Source: Lingula anatina (Eukaryota; Animalia; Brachiopoda). From it: a stretch of DNA of 64,000 nucleotides. Position 1 is the stretch's first letter; every line of letters starts with the position of its first letter. Position numbers and translations under genes: made by a program. This document shows positions 50,501 through 64,000 of the stretch, in pieces. The stretch spans positions 65,512,788-65,576,787 of the forward strand of contig CM120640.1 of the NCBI GenBank assembly GCA_051362555.1, in the 5' to 3' direction. The notes beneath the pieces were generated by a model, which did not search any database, was not told the DNA's origin, and saw only the letters and a list, made by a program, of their open reading frames with translations.

Positions 50501-53500
50501 CATTAAATATTTCAAGCTCTCTGTGTCTTCCATACACTCCCCCATAACTAAGACTCGTCAAACTAAGTTCCATGAGTCCTAACCATAAAAACTTAACTTG
50601 GCCAAATATAAAGAATGGGAGTCCCTGTCAGTGTTAGAGAAAATTACATGTTATTCAGTCCCTGTCTAACCTATCCAAATATTTTGTCCATCTATTTGGT
50701 CCACTAGCTAGTGATGCGTTCTGTCAGTAGAAAGTGTAAAGAAATCTATCAGACACCCTGTGCCCAGGGTTTGGTATGAAAGTTGTTAGCTTATAACTTT
50801 GTTCTTACTGTGTTATCAAGTTTAGTACAATTTTGTGAATATTGCTTACCCCAGCCTTTGCCATTAGTCCTTTTGCAATATTATTAGAGATGGTTGTCAT
50901 GTGCCTCATAGCCTGAAAATAAATTTACCAACAGGGATTGTTAAAGAAAAAATATCTCAAAATGTAGACAGAGACATTTTTAATGAAAAAAACCACTGCT
51001 TTATGAGTTCACACTTTTTTTGCACTTGTGAATTTTCGTTAAATTTACAGATTTATTACTTATGCAGCAACATGAGCTACAATAAGTTACAATGTACACA
51101 TGGTATATAAGTAGTTTATGTCTCATACATCAGCACACAGTTATTATTTTCAGAATAAATAATGACAATGTGCATAAAATAATATAATAATAATTTGTTT
51201 ATATTAAATTTACATTACATTGGCAAAATCTTGGATTTTGTACTTTTTACTATTTTAAAATTACTGTTTCAGTAGTCAAACTTTAATTTTATATATAAAT
51301 ACATCTCTTAATCATACTTATCTATAAACATTTATAAATTTTATATATTGTAAAATCTACCAAACATTATATGGATTTAAGACTTAAAAGACAGAAATAC
51401 CATTATACCCCCATGGTGAAAACATGTACTGTAGTACTAGCAAGAGGAGTAGCAATGGCACGTAGTACAAATAGTAGTGGTAGTACATGTATGTCCATGT
51501 TTACCTCTTGCACTGGCATCCCAGGTTTTGGAACTAGCATGAATTCTTTAACACAATTCAACTTTCCAGGAAAGGCCTTTCCACTCTGAAGTATTGTAAC
51601 CATGGGGAGAGGAACACAAAATTTAGATGGCATCTGGGAAGAGAAAAACAGTTCTGATACAAGTCTCAAAATATGATTAGATCTATATAAAACACAGTCA
51701 CACATTGGATGTAGGAATAAAAAATGATGAACCAACCAGAATGACCAGACATTATGTCAGTGTGTGCAGTTCCTTTGATAGCCCTATTAGTAATACAACA
51801 CAGTAACACAATTTCCATGCATCATACAGACTGTTTTAACTACCATACTGGTACATTGCTTTGAAATTGTTTAGACATCCTACCACAATGCAACAACAGT
51901 TTTAAAATGTCAAAAAAACACATCCCTTACCTTCTCAAACCTTAGACTTGCTATATGCTCATATAGTTCTACTTTCTTGAGCTGTGCAGCTGCCAGGCAT
52001 ACTGTAATAGACACTGCTCCAAGGCAATTGCTACCTTTGTACATTTCTTCCTTTGGCTCATCAGGAATAACCGCAACTGCTGGAGCTTTCCCCTTACCCC
52101 TTGAAAATTAAAATGAAAATACAACTGTCAAAATTCAATTAATACCCCCTGTTTGAGAAAGTAAAAAGTTAATATGCCGATACAATTTTTTTTCCAAAGA
52201 TGCAAATCTCCTAAACAAGCAAAACATTCCACAACCAATCATTTACAAAATTTATCACCTGTATTATATGTACATTAAATAGAACAATTCAAACATCTTA
52301 CTTTGGAGATTTAGGAGGTGATTTAGCTTTTCCCTTAGAATTAGCTTCCTCAGCAGCTAGTGCTGCAGCTTGTTCTTCTTCTTGCTGAGCTGCCAACTCT
52401 TGTTCCTTGGCCACACGCTCTTCAACCTCCTTCAACCTCATCCTCTCAATGATTTCACTGAAAATAAAACAGTAAAAAATGTAAAAAAATGAGTTTGCTC
52501 TAATACTTTTGCTTATCCTGAATTCAGGTCATATCAGTATATTACACATGACAAAATCCTGAAAAAAAATAATCTTACACTGTTTTAACCTTTACTTGTT
52601 TTGCTATTCAAAGAAAAGAAATACAAATTTATTAATTTATTTGATCAGTTCATGAGTAGCACAAGGAAGACTTTGTTGTTGCCAGCGGACACTGACTATA
52701 TAATCTGATCCACTTCTTTCTGATTCTTAGGGTCAACTCCTTTCAGTGCAGCACTGAGGGATCCATTAACATGCTCCACAGCTGCAGTAACAAACTCCTG
52801 TCTCTCTGCGTCCTCCGTGTCCTTGTCCTCTTGGCGGGCAGAGTCTGGCAACCAATTCTGACTGGATAAAGTGGCAGTTGCTAGGAGCTGTTAGGAATAA
52901 TAGAAATAAATAGAAATACATATGTACATGAATTATAATTATGTATTAAATTTATTTTACCTAAACATTAAATTTCCATTTACTTATCTGATGTGGGACA
53001 TAAAATTTGAAATTGTGCCTATGTTTTTCAGTAATCCATTAGATATAATATTTATAAGTAACTCAAGAGATATAATGCTTAATTCACATAATAAAATAAA
53101 TATGCTCAGTTGGAGAGAGATTAGTTCATTTTACAAACCTGCTCAAAGTTCTTGACAACACAGTAAACTTCTGTCTGCACTGTAGGTTGTCCTTTACTAT
53201 CAAATGCTTCTCTTGCTAAAAGCTAAAACATTTTGTAAAACCTATAAAAAGCATAAATCACTCGCAATAAACCCAAATTAGGATTTAAAAACAAACATGC
53301 ACAATCAAATTTTCTATCTAATGTGTCAAGTGCATTTTTTTTCAATTGGTTTGCCTTTAATTGAATGTTTGTAGACCTATCATCTTATTATGGCAGTTGA
53401 TCAAGATCGACAATCTGTTTTTTTTTTCTTTTTTTTTTTCTTTTTTTTTTTACCTTTGTGATTGTTGGCGTCTTAGAAAAACTTTCAAAGTAATTTGCCT

Positions 53501-53939
53501 GGAAAAGAAAAAAAGGATACTAAAAATATATGAAAATAGTACTATTTGCCCCCAATAAATGTGAATAACTTTTGTTAGCAATGATAATCAGTTCATGGCT
53601 AGCGCAAGGAAGACTGTGAACACAAAGAAGATTGACTTTGTGAACATTCGTCAATTCCACATTGAAACTGCTGCACTGAAAATCGATACAGGCGTCTTCG
53701 TTCAAGATTATTTTTCTTTGACTTTGTTCGATTTTTAGATCGTCGAAAAACGCATAAATACCAACCACGTGTCCATAAGGATCATCTGGATCATCAGCGT
53801 ACATTGTGTTGAGGATATCTTCCATTTTTTGTGGAACTCCATTCTCCTTATAGTACATAAGTACCTTCTGTTTCAAGTCATACATTTCCCTCACCTCCTT
53901 TTCTTTTTCACGAGAGGGCTTTGCACTAAGACTACTCAT
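47528..53939 (-). CDS. ENO4: Enolase 4 (divergent enolase-like protein with N-terminal RIIa/DPY30-like dimerisation segment)
   Basis: Exons 53939-53766, 53498-53454, 53222-53139, 52887-52697, 52457-52302, 52099-51931, 51633-51505, 50912-50850, 49366-49202, 48745-48620, 48424-48229, 48000-47933, 47758-47528. Motifs [67 protein letters not shown] and [30 protein letters not shown]. Confidence 0.92.
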
Positions 53940-54451
53940 TTCAGTTTTTGGTAGCTTCAAATGATTAAGTTTCACCAAAATAAATTACTTCCTTGATTAC
54001 CACGCAGGATATCTATGTTTTGCAATAGATGGAAATAACATTTAACTCTTTTGAAATCCTTTGTAAAAACGAAATAGATCAATGTTAGTTCGAGCTTCGA
54101 ACTAGACCGCCATATTGCCTCGTTGCTATGCAGGTGTCTCACGGGATTTTAAAAATCCTTTCACATTTTGTCATCTTATGACATTTAAAAATCTGATTTG
54201 ACATAAAAATATTGCTTGTAGTTCAAAACATATCTTGGCTGTTTTATTGTACGTAATACACACTCAGACTGAAAAATTGCCCCAGTAACCGGAAGTAGCA
54301 AGTGCACGTAGTGAAGGCAAACAAACATGGAGTAGAACGAACAGGAGCAGTGACAGCAATGTAATCTTTACAAGCTTAACAAACCAGTTCCGAAAAGTAA
54401 TTTTCGTCAAGAACTAGGGTTTCATTGAAAGGATTTAACTACTTGGTGAAA
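53940..54451. promoter_or_regulatory. Candidate bidirectional promoter between ENO4 and ANKRD53
   Basis: Start codons are 512 bp apart in a CpG-enriched stretch. YY1-like CCGCCATATT (54107-54116), half X-box GTTGCTATG (54122-54130) and ETS CCGGAAGT (54289-54296). Confidence 0.6.
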
Positions 54452-54896
54452 ATGGGCGAAAACCAGCCAAAGAGCTCCGCCGCGCCAGTGAGGCGAAGAA
54501 TACGTTTAAATACTAAAAAACAGCACAATGAAGATGAATTCATGGCAGCTGCCATAGGAGACACCGAGTGGCTGAGGCAGAGTATCCGAGAATCAAGAGG
54601 AGAAATACATTACGACAAAAATGTAAGTGACTGATGGATTGCAGTTCCCCTTGAGTAAAGGTGACTTCTTACTGGGTTACAAGACATATTGTACAAAGTG
54701 CTGAAATACAGGACGTACCACATTGTCAAATCATGCATACATACTTAAAAGACATATGATTTAAAATTGGTAGTTAAAACAATAATATACATGTTGAAGA
54801 TTGAGAAAATAACATTGATAGCAGAAAGTGGTGCATGAAAAAACAGAAATTGCATGAATGGTCTTTTGTCATCATTTCTATATATATATATACTGA

Positions 54897-54955
<59 letters not shown>

Positions 54956-57701
54956 CTAGTATATATGAACACAATGAACATCATTTTTTTATACAGGGCT
55001 TAGCACCAATCCACTTGGCTTCTATCCATGGAAGGTTGGATTGCATTAAGCTTCTAGTAGAAAAATTCAAAGTTGATGTGAATCTTCCAAGCACAACAGG
55101 CTGGAGACCCATTCACCTGTGTATCAGCAACCAGACAGGGAAGCGGTCATTTGCCTGCCTTGTCTACCTTCTAGAACATGATGCTGACCCCAACATGTGA
55201 GTTCAATGCAATGCGCCCTACATTTTATTTATTGCACATTCACCATACCTGTTACAAACATTTCAAGTGTCAAATATTTTATATTGAAAAAATGTACAAA
55301 CAGTGTATCTGCCTTTTAGTAGCATTAATGCTGTTCAGAGCTCTCATTTTTCAGCTGTTTGTCTGTCTCATTGCACCTTTTGAATGCATGACTGTCAAAA
55401 TGATTACTAGTATTGCATGAGACTACAATCAATATTGTCATTGCATTAAAGCACTGCATGGTTCGCATATGTGTTGTTTCACTGCAACTTTTATGTTGTT
55501 GTTTTATAGCACCAATGATGACGGTGTAACACCAGTTCATCAGGCAGCAAGTGAAGGGCATGTTCAATGTTTAAAGCTGCTGATTGAGATAGGGGCTACC
55601 ATTGATGGGATGGACTGTAGGGGACACACCCCTATTGTGCTGGCCAAACTTTGGGGGCACAGAAAAAGTGCTAGGTGAGCCCTGTGATAATATGGGTCTG
55701 GCAAAATGAGATTGTATACGGTGTTAAATATTGTAGTATATCCTTCTGAAGTTAGATCGTATAGAAGTAGTGATGATGCACGAGTATTCCCCTCTCTCTC
55801 TCTCTTTCTTTATTTGTGTGTGTGTGAATGTGGAGTGAAGCACTGTTAAGTACCCATACGTCTTAACTGAAGGTGCATTATGAAACCAAACCTTTTCCCC
55901 TTGTGTTAAGGTCTGATGTCTTGCTTTTGCAGTTAGTATTTGTCAGAAATAATAATTGCTGTAACTCTGAATTTTTTAAAAAAGTATACCACCGCCAAAA
56001 ATCAGAAATAGGTTAACACTTCTTAAATGATGTGCCATTGCTTCACTTAGGATTCTGGCAGCTGAACAGTGGAGCAGAGACAAAGATCACGTAGCCAAAG
56101 AAATGAACCAGCTGAAGAAGGTGAAAATGCTGCAGGTTTTGCAGGAGATGGAAGAAGAAGATGTGCACAAAGCAGAGCAAAAATTTTATGGTATGTGATG
56201 TGGAATGAAAGTTAAATATTGTCTGTGTTTTTAAATATTGTGCAATTTTTCTGTACATCTTATCGGGTAACCATCCAATAAAACCACTAGGGGTTATTTA
56301 CTTTGTAACACATGGTTATTCATTCATTGCCATTGTGGTAAAGCATGGAAAGAGATAGTAGTTGTTCTGTCAAGAAAATATCTAAGTACTTTTTGTCATT
56401 TTTCATGTTATTTTAGGTGATGCAGCTTTCAAAAACTGGCTGGGAGAAAAAGGGTTGAAAACAACTCCAGCCAAACCACAACTGACTCAGAAGGAAAAAC
56501 AAGATCAAGCAAAGAAAGCAGCAGCAAAGGCACTAGCTCAGAAAGAACAATCTAGAACAAAAAGTCAAAAATCAGACATTCGTGAAGAGGCAGAATGGAG
56601 ACAGCAGTCGAGAGAACACACTAGGGAGTCTCTCTTTAAAGCAAATAGCAGGACACAAACCAGTAGGCATATGGATACATTCCCTATAGCTGAAGTTGAG
56701 CAGAATGGGAATATTTCTCCCAAAAAGGTTCAGGTAAGCACAAAATGTTCTAATTTTTATCTTGTTCATTCAAATCAATAATACCGACATAAATGAAACC
56801 AAAAGGCTTGCTTTCTATTTTTATATTAATCAATGCATAATGTGCAAAAGGATTTCATATAAAATCCTAAATTAACCAATCTTATGATTTTTAATTATTT
56901 AAGTAGTCTTATTTTTATCTGATCTACATTATTCATTTGCAGATCATCACCAAAGAAGACGTCACTGGGTCTCCACTTCCCCCAACCAGGGAAAGCACAA
57001 AGCGTTTAAAGACTGCCTCTACAGACACTTCATGGGGATATAATTTGCACGAGTCTCAGGCCCCAGGGTATGAAACCAGAGAATCCACACAACACACAGA
57101 CACTGAGAAAAAGGAGTCTTTTTATAATCCTCTTGCATGGAATAAATCAACAAAGACCCCTGTACCTGAACATGTATCTCGTCTTAGGGATGCATACCCA
57201 AGAGACTTTTATACCATGATGCCCCACAAGGATGCAGCTCCCAAAGAGCTTAATATCCGACAAGGTCCTGCTGTAGAGTTAGATGAGAAGTCAGGACTAA
57301 AAAGTGTCCGAATGCCAGACTTACCAAGGGATGTTATTATGAAAGCATTAGCTAAAGACCCATTAAAGTATGAGAGACCAGTCCTGTATAGATGTAAGAA
57401 CATTATCGATGCTCAGACTAAGAAAAAATACACACCAGATAATTCTCCAAGTAGAAGTGAAGCTGGCATTCACTTGTCAGATGACCTGAGGTCACATTTG
57501 GTCCAGTCAGGATTGGAGAGGGCAGTTGCTGAGGACCTAATGAGAACCTTCAGCGCTGGGAGGTCAGGGTTGTCCAGCACCACTGACAGTGAAGTGGAAC
57601 GCATGGTGCAGACAATGAAAAGAATGGCCAAACCATCCCACTTTCCTAACACAGGTGGTGAAGAGTACGATATAAACTTTGGAAATTTGACTTGTATTTA
57701 A
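54452..57701 (+). CDS. ANKRD53: Ankyrin repeat domain-containing protein 53
   Basis: Exons 54452-54622, 54997-55196, 55510-55674, 56051-56190, 56417-56733, 56943-57701. FMAAAIGDTEWLR, ankyrin repeats (GLAPIHLAS, GWRPIHL, GVTPVHQAA, GHTPIVLA) and KLWGHRKSARILAAEQWSRDKDHVAKEM resemble ANKRD53. Adjacent to TEX261, as in human. Confidence 0.85.
54879..54951. repeat. (TA)n microsatellite in ANKRD53 intron 1
   Basis: Interrupted TA dinucleotide run, directly visible. Confidence 0.95.
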
Positions 57702-59247
57702 GAGCATAGTGATTGTTTTATGCTACCAGTTTATTGCATTTAAAAATCAAGACTTAGAAAACAGTTAATATGAATTTTTAAAAAACATTTTTGCATGACT
57801 AAGAGGTTTCAGAAGAGAAAGTGCCAACTGCCCGTTTTTGCAAATCAAGGGAATGTCACCAAAACATTAAAATAAGTAGGTTCACATTTGAATATTACAT
57901 GTACTATAATGTCTGTGCCAAATGTATTGTGGCTTATTAGTTCTGCTGACAATATATTTTATAGAAATAACCTTCTGTAAAGGGTTTGCAAACTTATGCT
58001 TCAGTTACTAGTACTTATTCAAAGCCATGAATCAGCAAAATAGAACTCCCATGAAATGATAGCTCTTTGAGTGGTACAGTCAAGTATATGTTCATTTGCA
58101 GCAAAAGTGGCAAATAATTAACATTGTAAATTTTTTAATATGCCAATGGTTTGTGCTCTACAAGCAACTTAAACAAGTGAAATCCTTTCTTTTTGTACTT
58201 TTATTTGCCCATTTTATATTAAACTTACTCCAATATCAAAACTGACAGGTTCAGTTGCTAAAAGAAACATACACATCAGGTCACCCTTACATGTGTTTGT
58301 ATTGAAGCACATTTATTTCATGTAAAAAATGAAACTTTTTCTAGGATAAACTCAGAAAATGTCACAAAATATTGCATGAGCTAATCTTTATCTGCTTTTC
58401 AACAAGGCAAATTTATCTAATTATGGCAAAAGCTTCTGAAATACAAGTATAGCAGATATGCTTCAAATATACCAAACTTTTTTTATTTTCACCTTCCAAG
58501 CAATATGGCATTTTATGCCTAGCCAATAGTATCTTATCAAAGATGGGAACACATTATGCTAAGATGAATACAACAAACATACAGAAACATCAACCATCTA
58601 CATTTTGCCATCTCTAGGAGCCCTGCACCCTGCTCAGCCTCACACACATATACCAGTGGCAAAATAAATAAAGTTTAAAATTGGCACTAAGGTACATAAC
58701 TTAGTTTATTAACAAATAACAAGCACATGAAACATTTGTAATATCTGGGAACAACATTTTATTTTTTCCCCTTTAATTCACTGCTTCTTATTAACTAAAC
58801 CATCCTACTAACAATGGACATTCTTCTTTTAAGTATTTCAGTGTCTGACCTTACAAAAATGCATTTTATATATATTGCTTACCTATTTAACCTCACTCCT
58901 CTTGCTTAAATAGCCCCCACAACAAAATTAACTAAAAAATATTACCAAAATCAGTAGAGATCCACCATCTTGACCATTATGGGCACCCAAATACTGGTTT
59001 CCACTACTTTGTAAAAACCACCATTATTCCGTTTCTTGACAAAGTGACTAGAGCACTCCCTAATGTCAATCTATTTACTAAAATTGCATATAAGATGCTC
59101 AAAGCATAATAAAGAGTGGACACATGAAGTATGCAATATAGATATGCCAAATGAATATTTATATCCATTGATAAATTTGATATCAAACTTTTGATCCATG
59201 CTCCATCCCTTTAGTTGTATAGTTGTGGCTGGAAAAGTGTGTCCCAA

Positions 59248-61557
<2,310 letters not shown>

Positions 61558-61759
61558 AGTTCTCTTGTTGCTTTTCTAATTCATCACCCTTGTGTGAGAT
61601 TCTATCACGCCAAATCACAGGTTCACTGCGCGCATGATCATTTTACATATGACTTCCGGTTCCGGTATATTTGAGAAAGTTGCTTCACTCAGAGAAATCA
61701 GAGGTTAAATATTTAAAAACAAAATGTCTGTCGTACTTCAAAATTAAGTAACGAAAAGT
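61558..61759. promoter_or_regulatory. Very compact candidate bidirectional promoter between TEX261 and the LRR gene
   Basis: Only 202 bp between the divergent ATGs. NRF1-like TGCGCGCATG (61627-61636) and tandem ETS-like ACTTCCGGTTCCGG (61652-61665). Confidence 0.65.
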
Positions 61760-64000
61760 ATGCCTAGAAGAATATGTGTTCCAAGCCTGAAGCGCTGTTG
61801 TCTCGTCAATGTCGTCAAAAACATGGACGACGTCTGGTGCAAGGAGAGCGCAGAGATGTTTGCAGAGAACCAGCAGTGGTTGTATGTGTTGGGGCCCTTT
61901 GAACATCTAAGTAAGCCAGAGATTGCGACATATCTTATTTAACCGTACGATATACGTATTGAGTCATGAACATTATGCTAAAAGCAGAATAGAGTGATTT
62001 TTCCTGTGTGTGTGTCTGTGTTGGAAGGGGGTGGGGGGTCTAACCTGTCAGTTAGAACTTTCCAAAAGGTCATAATGTACCAGTAAAGATATAAAAAAAA
62101 TATCTGTCTGACCAATGAGCTACCGTACTATTTTTAGCACAAAATTGTGTTATTTTTCTTCCTTATTGGACCGATTTATACTGAAGAACTTTTCGAGTTA
62201 CACAGAAAACATTGATTATTTTGTGTCAATAATTGAATTTTAATATTTACTTTCAGCATCGGACACCATTCAGGAGATAATTGATGTGTTGATTGAGAAG
62301 AAGACAATTAAAAGGATTCATCTTCAGTTGTTGCTCCAGACCAGGATCCAGAAGCTAAGAGTAGATGTCCAAACAGGTGGACTTCAGACTTGCATTGTAC
62401 AGTTAGTTGGATGGAGATGTAGGGTATGTGTATAAAATGTGGCTTCAAAGTACCAAATTCACGCCTTGGCACTCTAATTGACAATTTTGATATGTTGCAT
62501 AGCATACAAAATTGTCAAAAGGAGTGATAACGCATGAATTTTTTGTTAGTTTCTTCATTGTTACATTTAGCCTTGAATAACACAAGAGAGGGCTGTTGCT
62601 AATGTCCTAAATAAATATCTTAACACTTTTTGAATACTGTGTTTATTTTGTCAAAGAGAGCTGATTCATTCATGACATCCACAGTTTTTGATTAATGAAT
62701 ATAGGTTAAAATGATTAGAGGTGGTTTTCACAATTCAAATTACCTAACGAACCACTTGTGATGAAGTTGTTTCAGTACAGTTAACTATTATTTAATGACA
62801 TCAATTGGTCTTCCTTTCAGAAATTGACAAAGCTTGACATCAGCAGCTGCAGGCTTGTTCCAGCCAAGTCCCTGGCTGAGATGGTGTCAGGTATTCCTGA
62901 CATAGTCTCCCTGAACCTGAACAATACTCAGAGCAATGACCAAGTGCTATGTAGGATAGCAGTCCACTGCAGGAGGCTAAGAGAACTGAATGTAGCATAC
63001 TGTAACATCAAAGATGCAGGTGCTCTAAGTTTATGTGGAGGGTCAACACCAGACACTGTTGATACAGGATGTCCAGAGTTGATAACATTAGACTTTGAGG
63101 GGACCAATATCTCCCAAAAAGCCCAAATTATAATACTGTCATCTTTACACCACCTCCACAACATAAAAGCCCCATCACTTTTTCAGGCTATACAGGAATT
63201 GGGCTGCAGCGATACAAGAGACCTAAGTAAGCTTAGGAGCTTAGATGTTGAGGCAACCGATGAGGATATTGCTGCAATCCACTTGCTATGCCCAGGATTA
63301 GCCAAGCTATATTTGACCTGTCTTAGGGTGAATAACCTAGAAGTCATCGCAGAACTGAGTCATCTTCAAAGCCTGACCCTTCTGGATGAAAACCAGTCTT
63401 TATCTTTCACCAAAGTTGTTTATCCTGTTTTGAAACTAGCAGGAGCAAGGTTAAAAAGTCTCATTCTTTTAGATGTGTTCCCAGTAAGCATTCCATTTAT
63501 AGGAAGTGTGTGTCCTCATCTTGGTCACTTTGGTTATTGCTTGTACAGACGCAGGGATGCCAGTTCTCTAGACTATCAGGTTGCTAATCTGAACATGGAC
63601 GCACATGTAGGTCAAAAGTATTTCCAACATTTAATGACATTAGAGGTTTCCTTGATTGGAAGGAGTGTGGGTTTAGATGGAATGCCAGGACCGGAGTATT
63701 TGACCAGGATAGATGTGAACTGTCTTCTCAGTCACTGCTTGGGTCTGAGGGACATAAACTTTAGAAAGGTTCAAGCTTTCAGTGATGAGGTCTTTTCAGA
63801 AGTATTCACTACCAATCGCTTTTTAACCACCAAGCAGTTTGCTCTAGATAAATGTCATGAAATATCAGACCTGTCCATAAGGTGCCTAGTAGAACAGGAG
63901 AGTGATCTTGAAGTGCTTAAACTGTGGAAGTGTAAGAAAGTGTTCAGAGCTCATTTCATGAACTATGAAGATTATGCACAGCGTAACCATCTAAACTTGA
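61760..64000 (+). CDS. BC-box plus leucine-rich-repeat protein (RNI-like/cysteine-containing LRRs), candidate cullin-RING ligase substrate receptor; runs off the right edge
   Basis: Exons 61760-61910, 62257-62423 and 62821->64000 (open to the window end). N-terminal VPSLKRCCLVNV fits the BC-box pattern. LRRs include LTKLDISSC, LRELNVAYCNIKD, CPELITLDFEGTNIS, CPGLAKLYL and LEVLKLWKC. Confidence 0.8.
62448..62548. mobile_element. Decayed third copy of the TAG..CTA palindromic MITE, in intron 2 of the LRR gene
   Basis: AAATTCACGCCTTGGCACTCTAATTGACAATTTTGATATGT...CAAAATTGTCAAAAGGAGTGATAACGCATGAATTTTTTGTTA aligns by eye with both arms of 46916-47053. Confidence 0.6.

Noticed and set aside
54745-54984. 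ORFs with (YI)n runs
   Set aside because: Translation of the (TA)n microsatellite in an intron.

Overview
AT-rich, intron-rich animal genomic DNA. A mollusc or other lophotrochozoan origin is an inference from repeat style and gene content. I reconstructed nine spliced genes by hand from GT-AG boundaries and reading phase: an unidentified gene running off the left edge (-), SSUH2 (+), GTPBP6/HflX (-, terminal exon not found), shootin-1/SHTN1 (+), dysbindin/DTNBP1 (-), enolase-4/ENO4 (-), ANKRD53 (+), TEX261 (-) and a BC-box/leucine-rich-repeat gene running off the right edge (+). Eight of the nine form four head-to-head pairs. Two convergent pairs (SHTN1/ENO4 and ANKRD53/TEX261) match neighbouring pairs in human, suggesting very old microsynteny. 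The non-coding DNA holds three copies of a non-autonomous Helitron/Helentron-like element. Each carries about six 146-bp tandem units, and every unit has a perfect AGGTCA-A-AGGTCA (DR1) motif. There are also several MITE families (IS3EU-like, Academ-like, Harbinger-like, Kolobok-like), some with empty insertion sites visible in the window, and a ~1 kb tandem duplication of the ENO4 3' end and DTNBP1 upstream region. I found no tRNA, rRNA, CRISPR array or autonomous transposase. Gene and superfamily names come from remembered homologues and motifs, not database searches.
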